From Bilabrum cf. latius (taxonomy: Eukaryota): a stretch of DNA of 64,000 bases. A program made the position numbers and the translations under genes. The stretch is taken from positions 62,001 through 126,000 of the forward strand of contig OZ237755.1 of NCBI GenBank assembly GCA_965178125.1. The letters run 5' to 3'. Under the pieces are notes generated by a model that saw nothing but the letters and a program-made list of their open reading frames with translations, had not been told where the DNA came from and did no database searches. This document shows, in pieces, positions 26,501 through 38,900 of this stretch. Within the stretch, counting starts at the first letter, position 1. Every line of letters starts with the position of its first letter.

Positions 26501-26545
26501 CTCGGCCTGAGCCGTGGGCGCTGGATGCACTCGAGCTGACGACAT
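20471..26545 (-). CDS. Class III adenylyl cyclase fused to an N-terminal voltage-sensor/ion-channel-like domain (Paramecium/Plasmodium ACalpha type)
   Basis: Single frame from ATG 26545 to TGA 20471 with TAGs at 26492, 26402, 23525, 22703 and 22388. S4-like RAGRAARAGTRAGRIVRIIRLVRLIRIVK; cyclase motifs FGFCDIRRFTD, NKNIGDAFL, MGFGLHIGWAIEGAIGS, KIDASYLSPHVNLASRLE; TPR-like C-terminus. Confidence 0.9.
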
Positions 26546-27160
26546 TGATGTGTTCAAAAGAACAGGCTGGGCACCCAAATCCTCAAGGGTAAGGTTTAGG
26601 GTCCACCCAAGCACGCGAAACGCACCGAAACTTGTAGGTATATCAATTCCCTTTTTGTTCACGAAACCGGTACCTGCCGGGGCAAAAAAGGGTGTATACG
26701 TGCACAATAATTGTAATTTCCTACAAAAGGTATCGATGCAATCAATCTTGAGTGAGAACCTGGCAGTCGGCCGACGCGCAACGGCCACTGCGATTGGAAC
26801 ATACGATCAGCGAAACTAGATCGCCTAAGGCAGGCGCACGGCCACCTACAGCTTAAAATCACTGCATACACTCACTCCAGGTGCAAAGAAATCGTTGCGA
26901 GCGCTTTATTGGCCTAGTTCGTTGTTTTTTCCCCCGGTCGCACTGATTTGGTCGCAACAAGTAAATCAGAAATACTGCAAAACTGTAACGTGGTGTTCTG
27001 CAACTGAATTCGATCCGGTAGTCTTTAGGGGTCCGTTCCATATCCTAGCAGCATGGCCCAAATTGATCGAAGCGTATCAAATGCCAGGAAGGAGTTCTTC
27101 GAATGCCTCTAGGCCTAGCAGCGGATTGAATTGAAATTAACGTCTGTGGTGGTGGAAGCC

Positions 27161-27520
27161 ATGTCGGCCCGATAGGCAGCTCCGGCTAGCGGCCCTGCGA
27201 TTGCAGTAGGCTCGGAAGAGTCTGCCAGTGGCACGGAGGCCCGAAAGTAGAAGCCAGAATCTGCGTCTGCGGCCGAGTCGTCTGCCGCCCCGGCGGCGTC
27301 AGACTGGAAAGAGCTTGAGCTGCAGCTGCGCGACCTTCGCGAAATCAACGAGCGAGTTATGGCACAGAATCTATCGTTGCTAGATGACGTGGAGGCTTTG
27401 CAGAAGTAGCGAACTGGACTAAGCCAGGAAAATGCGAGCCTGGCTCTGCAGCTCAGGCGGGCTATGCTTGCCCGGGACGAGGCGAAGCGAAGCCTGGCCG
27501 CTGCGGCTGGCGGGACGTGA
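27161..27520 (+). CDS. Small (119 aa) coiled-coil protein, absent from the ORF track
   Basis: gccATG at 27161, TAGs at 27173, 27248 and 27407, TGA at 27518. Heptad-like 'WKELELQLRDLREINERVMAQNLSLLDDVEALQK(Q)RTGLSQENASLALQLRRA'. Confidence 0.65.
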
Positions 27521-28058
27521 TGCCTGCCTTGCAATCGCTAGAAATCCTTTGGAAGCACGAATCAATACCACATACGATCTTGACGCCCACTGGCAGGGTC
27601 GTGATAACTAGATCCGTGCCGACGGATCGAAGCTGCTGGTGCGCATGGCCGCAGTGCTTCCCCCCCAGTGCTGTAGATCTAGTGGCAGTACATTAATCCG
27701 TCACGACGATGGCACCCCCGCTGAATGATCGTTGAAGTTCTGATGTTGCGGCGTATTACCACATGCGGCCAGGCGACTTGGGGTGAAGCTGAGGCCGAGG
27801 CGGGCACGATTTGCCACTGCCACGCCGGCGGTGCAGTCTCGGAGAGGAAGCCAAGATCGGGCTCGTATGCCTCGAGTCGCTGATGTGCGGTGGGTACTGA
27901 ACGATCTCCACGCAGCAGTCCACGCCCGCAGTAGGGCTGCTGGTAGACATGGGGGGTGGGTTTCGCCGATGGCGTGCTAATGCCATCAGTGACGACGATC
28001 GACACGTGCCGCAGTTCTGCAACTGCTCGTGCGGCGCTCACAGCGTCGCATTCGCGGG

Positions 28059-29062
28059 ATGGCGGCGAGTTCAGAGCCACAAGCTAGAAAGGAAAGGCGA
28101 AAGCTGTAGACGCAATGCTTCACCTGCTTGGAGCCGACAATGCTTCCCAATTAGATAGAGATTTCGGTTCACACACTGCCTAAAATGATGAAACGCGAGC
28201 TTCGACTCGTGCTTCCAGGACTAAATCTCGACAACATTCTTGCTATACCCACAAGCCAGCATGCCAAGATGGACCTAGTCAATATTGGCCCTGATGTGGC
28301 GCAGGAGAAGGATGACTTACTTGAAAAGGTATGCCTCCACGTGATGGCCACTGAAAGCCTTGCATCCGCACAACGCGTGCAAACACTGCGTTTGATGATA
28401 TTTCCATTCTCTAAATTGGCGCAGTTTGTAGAGTGGAGCGCGTCTGTGTGTTCCTCTTTGGAGAAACAGGGCCATTGGGCCGACTACATCGATCCGTGTT
28501 CAGGATTGCCAGTAAGATCGCGGCTCTGAACCTTACTTGCCTGTTTTCCCTGCTTTCAGATCGCACATGCTGCTATCTTGCCCAGGTTGAAACGCAGGGC
28601 AGGACCCGAGGGAATACCGTGTATCCCGAGGTCGACGGTTTCGAGGTGCTACGTCAGTACAGATGCACCACAGCTGGTCCGTGCAAAGTGCTCGTTCACC
28701 CTGTGTGGGGGACAGCAGTATACCCAGCAACCATGTTTACAAGTGCGCCTGTATCTGCTGTTGCGGATGCAATCAACGCGGCGTCTGGCACCGACACGGT
28801 CACCCTGCGGCCTCCCCCGGTGGATGCGGGTGGTGGCTCGTCGGGTGCGGGCCGCTCTGCTGCACCCGCCGACCCTGGGCCGGGAGAGGCGCCGCAAGCA
28901 AGCGGTGCAGGTGATTCTGTCTCAGGTGAACACGAGACTGCCGCATCAAGCGACTCCCCCGCTGCAGCTGCCAGTCCCGGGGCCGTGGAGGTTCCCACTG
29001 CCACTGGGTCGGTCGCAGGATCGAAAAGTGCGGCTGAAGTTGACGACAAGACCTTGACATAA
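28059..29062 (+). CDS. MMADHC: Cobalamin-trafficking protein cblD (MMADHC-like); introns 28329-28424 and 28512-28585
   Basis: 'IEISVHTLP..KRELRLVLP', 'QEKDDLLEK|FVEW', 'GHWADYIDPCSGLP' and 'GPCKVLVHPVWGTAVYPATMFT'. TAGs at 28107 and 28152 (start codon provisional); ends in TAA. Confidence 0.85.
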
Positions 29063-29126
29063 GCAGTTGAGCAGACAAACCTGCGCTCCGCAGCGACACA
29101 CTCTCCATACTTTGTTTGTTGCCAAT

Positions 29127-31826
29127 TCACTGCCCATCGCCACGGGCCTTGCCAATGGCCAGCCGAGGGATACGGCTGGGGGAATCCCGAGCCGGGGCCG
29201 TGCTGCCCCCGCCGCCTGCTTCAACGCCAGAGCCAAGATCGCCGCCAGCCTTTGAGGCAGCAGGCCCAGCAACACCAACACCAGTACCAGCACTAGCACC
29301 CACATCCACACCGGCACCAGCTCGACCGTTGCCTCCTGCCCCTGCTAGCCCACTTGTGCTGACGGCATCGGCACGTCCACCCGTCCCCACCGCGGCCGTT
29401 CTCTTCCTGCCCATCCCCGCTCCGCTCCCAGCTCCCGCCCCGGTCCCTGCTGCCCTCCTCTTGGCCCTGGCCCTAGCGCTCTCTCCCTCCGTCCAGGCCT
29501 CCACGCACTCGACAGGCCACTCGGGGAACACGCCCATCGGCTCGTCCACCAGCACATCGAACCGCGTGGACTCCACCAGTCTCCGCCGGAACCGCTCCTC
29601 AAGGGGCACATCCGTCCTCCTCAGCGCCTCCTGCAGCGTGCGAGGGGGACCCGTGGGAGCCACTTTGCGAGGAGGATTCCGGCCCCGGCCCCGCCCTCTG
29701 CCACGGCCCCTGCCCCTCGGAGCACCGCGAGCAGCGGCCCCAGGTCCCCCCCGGCCCCTCGCTCGGCCCCTCCCAGGCGCGCCCCTGCCTCGCCCGGGAG
29801 TGCTCGCCTGCACCCCGGGCCTCTTCTTCTCCGGAGGTGCCAGCGGCCACGGGTGCTTGTCCGCCCGGAGCACAGTGACCATGTCGGTGAGAAGGCCCGC
29901 CTTGAGGTCGTGGTCCTGCTTGGTCGTGGGCTTCATGGCCGGGCTCGCGTTGACCTCCACCAGCCAGGGCCGCAGCCCCGCGTCCAGCAACACGTCAAAC
30001 CCGTACAGCTCGAAGCACCTTGGCTGGTTGACCACTTTGTGGCAGGTGGCCCGCAGGGTATCCCCCAGTAGAGCACGGATGGATCGCTCCACGCGCAGGC
30101 GGGCGACCCTCCCCCTGGTGGCTTCGATGTGCAGCAGGCAGTCCTGCAGGTCCCACTTGCCCCCGTGCACGTCGCTGTACCCCTCCGCCTTGCTCTGGAT
30201 CGACACGTTGGTCAGGTGCTGCTCCAGGTCACTGAACCCCGACCGCACCCGGGTCCCATCAGGCAGCTCGATCGTGCCCGGGGGCAGCTCTGCTTTGGTC
30301 TCGATCGGCACGATCTCGCCCTTGGCGTTCCAGGTGGTGCGAGCCTTCTGAGAGAGAAGCAGAGTCTTCAAGTTGCGCCGCCAGCCCTGGGGCTGCTTGC
30401 CGCTTGCTGTCTCCGGCCCACCAGCTCCGGATGGGTCAGCATCGGTACCAGGCGATCCCTCGGGTGTCCCAGCTCTCGCGGCAGCACCGGGCTGGCTATG
30501 TCCCTTGCCCTTCCCCTTGCCCTTCCCTTTCCCCTTGCCCGCGCCCTTGGCTGGCTTGCTGCTCTTCATGTATGTGAAGGGTGTGCTACAGAATCTCGCA
30601 AAGGCGTCGTGGTGCACGTACGCCCGCAACGGCCTGAACGACGTGACCAGCACGTAGATCCTCAGGTCGAACTTGCGCCTGCCGATGAGGTACGGGGGAG
30701 AGATGTACTGGGATATCACGAAGCACTCCAGGCTGTACTCGTGCTTGTACAGGTTCTTCTGCTGAAGCGTATTACGAGCCGTGCCCGTGGCATCCGTCCT
30801 GTACCCTCCGAAGAGCGCGGGCATGTCCTTGGCTCTCGCCAGCGCCTTCTTGCCGTGCGCCTTGCCCGTCGACGAGGACCCGATCAGGTCCATCGACCGC
30901 TCCGACCGCACCTTGGCCGCCTCCCTGCGCCGCGCCTCTGCCTCCACCGCCCTCGACAGCTCCTCCTTGCTCACACCAACCGCATCCACGGCGATGGCAC
31001 CCCCGCCCGACCCCTTCTCCTTCTCTCTCTCCTTTTCCTTCTCTCTCCCAGCCTCGTGAGGCGATGCCCGGGTCGCCTCGACCCCTCCAGCCCTGCCACC
31101 CGCGCCCCCTCGCGCCTGTGCCGCCTCCGCGGTCTCGAGCTCCCGCGCGGCCCTCCGCTGCAGCGCCTGCTTGGCCAGCGAGGCGCGGATGGCGCCCACG
31201 AAGCGGCGCAGCACGGAGATGCGGTCCAGCAAGAAGATGCCCTTGCCCTAGCTGCCACCGGCCGGCTTCACGATCCAAGGAGCACCTGGGTTGCGCCTGA
31301 AGTGCTCCTCCACAAGGCGCGCATCCTGTGGCAAGTAGAACGTCAGCGGGACCACGGCCGGGCGCGGGGTGCCCTGCCGCTTCATCTCCCGCTCGAACAG
31401 TCGGCAATTCTGAAACATCAGGTCCTTGCGAGAGATTTCCATGTGCTAGGGGTAATGGTTCAACAACTAGTCAGCACCTAGAACGCCCTGCCCGGTTCCC
31501 ATGCCGAATATATCCCTGGAAGTGTGGACGGATGCCCACATCTGCGACGGACGAGGGCGGCTGCCAGGAGCTCTCAAACACTTTGACCGATGGTATACGG
31601 GGAATTATTAGGTCTTTCATGCCATGAGCCGCCTCACCATGTTCCATCGGGCTATAGCACGCTTGCCACCGGCCTATTTCATGCCGGTTAGAATCGGTTT
31701 GAGAAAGAAATCAGTCAAGTAATAGAACGGAGGCAACTAGGCCCGCTCGCCCTGGGTGATGGGTCCACATTCTCTTTCATCGTCGTGCTGCTTTGGAGGG
31801 TCACTGGATTGATCGCTTGCGCTCAT
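29127..31826 (-). CDS. Tubulin polyglutamylase, TTLL1/TTLL9-like; intron 31542-31637
   Basis: 'D(Q)LLNHYP(Q)HMEISRKDLM', 'PLTFYLP', 'WIVKPAGGS(Q)GKGIFL', 'ISQYISPPYLIGRRKFDLRIYVLVTSF', 'HLTNVSIQ', 'CFELYGFDVLLD..PWLVEVNASP'. TAGs at 31737, 31674, 31467, 31446 and 31248; ends in TGA. Confidence 0.92.
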
Positions 31827-32083
31827 GCCTGCAATGACTTGGCAACCACCACTCGCTAATTGACCCAGGTGCTGCGTTTCTCGGCAATGCACACCGATGT
31901 TTTCTTAACCGACCCTTGCCAACACTTTGTCGCTTCACAGCAAACAGACAATTAGTGTTTGTGGAGTCGAAATTTATATTTTGCAACGTAATAAACTGGA
32001 TTCAAGTTTAGACCGGAGATCAAAGGTACACGTTACCACGATCCGACGGCCAAATCAAATCACCCTCGCAGTATTTCGGTCAA

Positions 32084-34649
32084 ATGGCCGGTTTTTCTCC
32101 CGACGGATCAGGGGTTATTGGTGGCGGTCACGGTGGCGGTGTAATGAAGGTGAATCTGTCTCCAGCCGTTGCCAATCTGGCGGAGGGTCCTGCACCGTGA
32201 GTTCGGAAGCAAGTGCCTAGCTCGAATACAGCGCTTGCTGTCTTTCCAATCAGCAAGTCGGCTGGAGTGACTGTGCGTTGATTGCAAGTTGGTGCTAGTT
32301 TCTTGCTGAAGACTGACCCAATGCGGAGATTCAACGCATATCGACTCCCCTGCAGCAAGGACACGCTTCGAATCCTCCTGTGGACTGACAACCATCTCGG
32401 GTACCAAGACAAGGACTCGGCAAGGTATGAGGACTCATTCCTGGCGTTTGAGGAAAGCATGGCCGTTGGAATACAGTGCCATGCAGACATGGCGATTAAC
32501 GGGGGCGACATTTTTCATCACGACCGACCAAGCCGAACTACTGTGGTCCGCTGCATGGAATCCATGAGGAAATATGTCTTTGGGCCACGTCCGGTTCGAG
32601 TTGAAATTTTAAGCGACCAATCGAAGGATTTCAAGGGTCCCACGTGCTTTGACCGGGCAAATTTCGCAGATCCGAACCTGTCGGTGCAGCTGCCAGTCTT
32701 TGCGGTGACTGGAAACCACGACCCAGCGGTACGAGACCATGCCGACAGCCTTCCAATATCAGCCCTAGATATGCTGCAGACGGCAGGCCTTCTAAACTTG
32801 TATGGCCGGCAGCGCATGAACGACCGCGTGGTGGTTCGCCCCGTCCTGCTCCGCAAGGGCAAGGTGCAGCTGGCGCTCTACGGCATGCCCAACATGAGGG
32901 ACCAGCGCCTGGCCGGGCTCGTGCGCAAGGGGAGGCTGCTCTTCGCCAAGCCGCCCGCAGGCTCGGGCAGCTGGTACAGCATCCTGGTGGTGCACCAGAA
33001 CAGGGAGGACGCAGGGAGGGGCAAGGCTTGCTTCAAGCACAGCAACATCCCCCTGTTCATCGATCTGGTGCTCTGGGCCCACGAGCACCCCTCCATGCCG
33101 GACTTCGAGAGTGTCGTTAACGACGGCCAGTCCGGTGGCGCTGGGAACGCACCAGGGGTGAAGGCGCCTGCGGGTGCTGCGGGCGGAATGGATGCCGATG
33201 AGGACGAGGACGAGGACGGTAATGACGAGGACGAGGAGGGCGTTGGAGCGGGTGCGGCGGGGCGGGCAAAGCGCCGCAGCAATCGGAAAGGGAGCGGCAA
33301 GAAGTCCGCGTCCAGTGGAGCGGCGGCCATGGAGGAAGAGGAGGAGGAGGGGGATGAGGGGGAAGGGGAGGCAAAGGCGGGCATGGCCGAGGCCTTGCTG
33401 GAGGAGAAGTCCACTGTCCCCGTGCTGCAGATGGGATCCACGGTGGCCACGTCACTAGACGAGGGCGAGTCGTGGCCCAAGCACTGCTACATCCTCGAGG
33501 TCACGCCGAACACCGATGTGCCAGGCATGTATTGGCAGCGGCGTCTCCCGCACAGGCTCAGGTGCGTGAGGCCGTTCCTCTTCGCGGACGTGCCTCTGCA
33601 GCACCTCACTGCTGTGCGGGCCCTGGGTGCAGAGCCTCTTGATCCGCGTGTGCAGGAGGCCGTGAAGGAGTGCCTGCGGTCCATCGTGGAGGCCTCTGTG
33701 GGTGGCCAGGCCTGCCTGCGGCTTGCTGTTGAGGAGGCTGTCGCGGAGGACGCACGCGCAGGGCTGCCCGCACCGGGGAAGTACGCGCTTTTGCCTGCAG
33801 AGGACGGGCGCGCGGGGTGGCTGGCGATGCCCGCGGGCGCTCTGCCGCCACCTCAGCTGAGGACACCGCTGGTCAGGCTGCGTGTGGAGCATTCGGGGGG
33901 GTTTGGGGTGGTGAGCGCGAGAGAGTTCGGGAGGGACTTCATGGGCCGCGTGGCGAATGCCGACGAGATCCTTCTCTTCTACCGCCGGCGGAAAGCCGCA
34001 TCAAGGGCCGTCGTGGGGCTGGCGGCGGGTGCCAAGGCCGCCGCTGGAGGCGCAAGTGGGGAGTAGGGGGGCGAGGAGGAGGTGATGACGGCTGTGCCGC
34101 TGCCTGAGAACGGCATTGGGGGCGGCGCAGACATCAGCACCCTCCTTGCGGAGGAGTTCCAGCGCAATGAGGCGAGGCCCAGCGTGCTGGCTCTGTCCCG
34201 GATGAACTTCGCTCTCAAGCAGCAGGTGTCTGACGAGGGCAGAGACGGGGAGCAGCCCGCGCCCAGGTCAAGGCGAGTCACTTCGGGCAAGCTCACGATG
34301 ATGGTGGAGCACGAGACCAAGGACCGGCTGGATCGACTCACCACGGAGTACAATCGACAGCTGAGCAAGGTGCAGCAGCAGGTGCAGCAAAAGCAGGAGG
34401 AGGCCAAGCGCCAGCTCGAGTCGTCCTCTGCCTCCGCCACTGGGGTCGAGGACGGGGAGGGGCTGGCCCAGCAGGCTCTCGCCGCGGGGAAGCTGGCAGT
34501 GGAAAGCGCGACCCTGGAGGCATCGACGGGCCTGGAGACGGAGGAGGACGTGGAAGCATGGGTGCAGCGCACGGTGGTGCAGCACACGGAGCGGCTGCAG
34601 AAAAAAACTGAAGGCAAGGAGAAGCGCATGGCCCGCGATGGAAAGAAGC

Positions 34650-34693
<44 letters not shown>

Positions 34694-35659
34694 GCGGCAA
34701 GTGCGGAGAGTGAGGCAGAGGATGGCGAAGGCGAAGACGGAGACGAGGGCAAGAAGGGTGCAGGGAGATCCGAATCGAGCAGAGGGGGCAAGTCGGGGCG
34801 CGCTGGAGGGGCGGGCCGCAAGCGAGGCCGCGGGGAGATGCTGCAGTCTGCCGGTGGCCCTGCTGCTGCTGGCTCGGCGGACGGCAGAGGCAAGGAGAGC
34901 AGGGGACGCAGCAGCACAGCAAAGGGGAGGGGCAGACGGGGATCCTCGAAGCAGAAGAGCAGAGGAGATGCCGAGGAGGAGGAGGAGGAGGAAGACGAGG
35001 AGGAGGAGAGCGGTCGGCAGCGCAAGGCCCGCAGGGGAGCGAAGGGCAAGCGGTTGCGCACCATCCCGGAGCAGGACGACGACGCCGATTCGGAGCCAGA
35101 AGGTGAAGCTGTGTATGAGGACGACAATGATGATGACGACGATGGCAGCGACATTGAAATAGTGCCGAAGCAGAAGGGGGGCAGGGGCAGGGGCAGGGGC
35201 AGGGGCAAGGCACGCAAGGGAAGGTCGAGGTCGAGGGGCAGCAACACGCGTGGCACAGCCTTGGACGATGTGCTGGAGGGTGGCGACTACAGCGAGGCTG
35301 CGGAAGAGGATGATGTTGTAGAGGAGGACGATGAAGATGATGGCGGTGCTGGGTCTCGGAGGGGGCGGCGAGGAGGCAGTCACAGTCGCAGCCGGGCGCC
35401 GACGAGGTCAGTGGGGTACTCGGCAGCCCCTTCCTCAATGGCGTTCGCGGGCCAGGGCAGCGTGCTCATCACTCAAAGCAACCGCAGGAGCGCCTCAAGA
35501 GTCACGACGGTGGATCAAAGAGGCAGGGGCGAATCCGAATCTGAGGCAGACGGGGCGGCGACGTCCAGTCGTCGCGGTAGCAGCCAAGCCAGCTCCTCCA
35601 AGCGGCGCGGCAAGAGCAAGTCCAAGTCCAGAAAGATGCTGCCCAGCGTCTTGTTTTGA
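32084..35659 (+). CDS. MRE11: Double-strand break repair nuclease MRE11; intron 32197-32355
   Basis: Phosphoesterase motifs TDNHLGY, GGDIFH, GNHD, VVHQN, WAHEH and GSTVATSL; capping 'PLVRLRVE..FGRDFMGRVAN'. TAG at 34064 joins the in-frame C-terminal ORF 34082..35659 (RG-rich, acidic); ends in TGA. Confidence 0.92.
34648..34690 (+). repeat. (AGC)n trinucleotide run encoding poly-Ser in MRE11
   Basis: cgcagcagcagc... read directly; SSSSSSSSSSSSS in frame. Confidence 0.9.
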
Positions 35660-35988
35660 GTTTTAATGGAGGAGGAATTTAGTTTTGCTGTAAGACGTAG
35701 CACTGTGCGATGCTCTGATTCGGCTATTCCAGTGGGTCCTTATGCTTTTCGCGGGCACGTGCCGCGTGCGACCACGGATGGCAAAATCGGGTGGACTCTT
35801 GCGACCTCGGCTGCCCGTCGTTCCCTTCCGAGAATTCGGACCACGTGGCCGGGTGCAAAACATCCTAAACCAGCAACAGGAATCTCACAGCACGGATCGA
35901 ATTTAAACCACCCTCTCGTACCGTTTCCGGGCGAGACTCTCTGGCTGTGGCCGCTGGCATCTCCACCGAGCGTTCTGGATCGGTGGCA

Positions 35989-38900
35989 ATGCAGATCTCA
36001 GCCCCCAATCCCCTGCAAGTCATGGGGGCATCCAAGGGTCCCAAGTGGCATCAATGCCCTGATGGTGTTCTCATTGACGAGTCGGGCCTGTCTGATTTCT
36101 TCGGTGTGCCCAAGCAGGGTCGTGGGTCTGTGTACGTGCCTCCAGCACGGCCGCCGTTGCCTGGCGGTGGGGAACTCATGCCATTCGACCGCGGACTCGA
36201 CGATGACAGTCTTCGAGAATCTATCGGGTACATTGTCCTTTAGGTTCCACGAGAGAAATTCGAAAAGTACGTCCTGGCAGACAATCCAAAGTACGCGATC
36301 CTGGCAAGGATTCTATCGGCTGGCCTACGCGTCCGAATTTACCGCTCTTGCGATCCAGCATAGAGTCCAACAGATACTTAGACTATCTTTATGGAGGTGT
36401 ACTTCGGCGGCGAGGTAAGTGGGGGACAAAATCCGCCGGAGGCAACTGTTCGCAACCAGTTTGTAAATCAGCAGCTTCGCCCTTTCTTGCAAAGCTTTAC
36501 TTCGCAGGATAGGCTCGTATACTCAGCCTGGCGAAAAAAATACGAAGTCTTGCTGGATGCACGACGACTTCGTCAGTCAGATGTGCAACGGAACAAGCAG
36601 CTCAACGTGAGATAGCTGAACGAATGGTCCTCGAGAGACAGCAGGGTCTGAATCGTTGGTGACACCAATCTAAGTTCCCACCGCTACCGCAATTCTCGCA
36701 GAGAGAGGCCATTCGACTGGGAGTAGTGGATCTCTTCGATGACGAGTCCAAGCCGGAGGTGAAGGAGGCGGTGGATCTTGCGAACGGCGACAAGAACGCG
36801 ATGTTCGCGATCCCTAGGCCCTCACCTGGCTTCGTGCCGGAGTTTCTTCGCGCGTGGCTCTGCGGATGGCCTGTCTGCGGGTGCAAGCGCCAGCTACCGA
36901 TGGAGGACATCAAGGACCAAGATGTGTACAGCTGCATGCACGTGCCTCTGGACCCGTCTCCTGGGGCTGGCGAGTCCGCCTGGAAGCTGTTCCACGTGCA
37001 CGAGGAAACCGGCACGGTACTGTCCGAGGCACAGTGCCTGCGCGCCCTGGAGAGCGCCATGGTGGACTCGTCCAAGGAAGGGGGCGCGGGGCTCTCCCTG
37101 GATGCGGACCAGAAGTGGGTGCAGCACGTGTTTGCGCAGCCCAAGGAGGCCGAGCGGAGGGCCCTCGAGTCCGAGTGGCTCAGCGCGTTGTCCATGCCGT
37201 GGGACCAGCCCTTTGAGCGGATCCGAGCCTATGGGGGCGAGCGGGTGGGCTTTTACTTCTTCTTTGCGGGATACCTGACCCTGTCGCTGGTGCTGCCCAC
37301 AGTGCTTGGGGTCTGCCTCTGGCTCAACCAGGTCATCTACAACGAGCCAGGGGTGGTGTGGGCCCCTCTCTACGCCCTCACGGTAGGCCTGTGGGCCGCA
37401 TTCATGTACGAGTTCTACAAGCGGGCGCAGGCCACGGTGGCCCAGCGGTGGGGCATGTCGGACTGGTCCCAGCGACAAACCATCCGAGCCTCCTACCACG
37501 ACAGCAGCGTGTCCAACGAGAGGCGCTCGCCCGTGACCGGCATCCGCGGCGACATGCTGGGCAACTCGATGATGCGGCAGCTGCGTTGGGCGCTCTCCCA
37601 CGGTATCCTGACCTTCATCATCGGCCTGGTGATCGTGGTGTTCATGAGCGTGTTCCTGGCGCAGATCTCGCTCAAGCAGCTGGACGCTGAAGAGAACGAG
37701 AGCAGCATGTTCAACGGGTGGGGCACGACCATCGCGCAGGTGATCAATGCGCTGGCGATCAACCTGATGAGCTTCCTCTACTCGATGCTCGCCGAGTGGC
37801 TCACGGAGCTCGAGATGCAGCCCACCGAGACGGCGCAGGAGGAGTCTGCCATCGTCAAGGGAGCCACGTTCCAGCTGATCAACTCGTTCACGCCTCTCTT
37901 CTACATCGCCTTCATCAAGCCCAACGTAGCCAACCTGTACGGCCAGAGCACGCAGGAGCGCTGCACGAACGATGACTGCCTCCTCGAGCTCCAGGGGCAG
38001 CTGCAGAGCCTTGTCATCACGAGGCTCGTGGTCAACAACGCCATGCAGCTGCTGGGGCCCTACCTGGCCCCACTCGCATTTGCCGCCCTTCGCAAGTGCT
38101 CTTGCGGCTACCTGGACTCGGTGCTGGGCAAGGAGCCGGGCAAGCCCCACCCGCAGGAGAGCGACGTGGACAGGGAGGCTCGCAGGGCCCGCTTCGACAC
38201 GTACGAGCAGTACATGCAGCAGCTGGTGCTCTTCGGGTACACGAGCCTGTTTGTGGTGAGTTTCCCGCTCGCCCCTTTGATCCTGCTCATCTCCAACTAC
38301 ATCGAGCTGAGAGTTGATGCCTACAGCTTCCTGCACAGCTCTGCGCGGCCCATCCCCGCCGGGGCGAGCGGGATCGGAGCATGGGGCCCCTTCGTCGCGC
38401 TCGTGTCCTACATGGCCTGCGCCACCAATCTGGCAGTGGCGCTCTTCACCAACTCGAATCTCCAGCTGTTCGCTGTGGACGAGGACTCGCCCGCGTCCAG
38501 AAGGCTGGACGGCGGCGCTGAGTTTGCACCCGCTGAAGAAGAGGAGTCCGTGGGCCTTTTGTTCCCTAGGTTCCTGGGCTCTAGCCCCTCCAATGCAACC
38601 GGTCTGGGAGATGGGCTTGAGGAGGAGGGGGCAGACACTGGCTTCGGGCTGGGCGTGCGCGCCACGGTGTTTATCATCGCCGAGCACCTGCTGCTGTTCC
38701 TCGTGTACCTGGTGAGCGAGTTCATCCCCGATGTCCCCGAGGACACGCGCAACCGGGCTCTGCGACAGGAGTACCTGGAGGCGAAGCACGTGCGGGGCGA
38801 CCTGGACTCGATCGACGACGTGCTCGTGGAGGCGGGGATCACGCCTGACACCGAGCCTGCTCCCGGGGAGGAAGGGGAGGAGGATTCGTCTTCGTCTTCC

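Noticed and set aside
26546-27160. Possible tRNA or ncRNA (including a suppressor tRNA) in this gap; imperfect hairpin near 26649-26692
   Set aside because: No cloverleaf or A/B-box pattern recognisable by eye; a covariance-model search is needed.
27521-28058. Short ORFs between the small coiled-coil gene and MMADHC (27679..28080 -, 27756..28022 -)
   Set aside because: No motif or convincing coding signal; left unannotated.
31240-31475. TAG as pyrrolysine, Trp via A-to-I editing, Leu or Glu
   Set aside because: The diagnostic TTLL and RPC5 columns and the GQ repeat indicate Gln; no pyl genes are visible.
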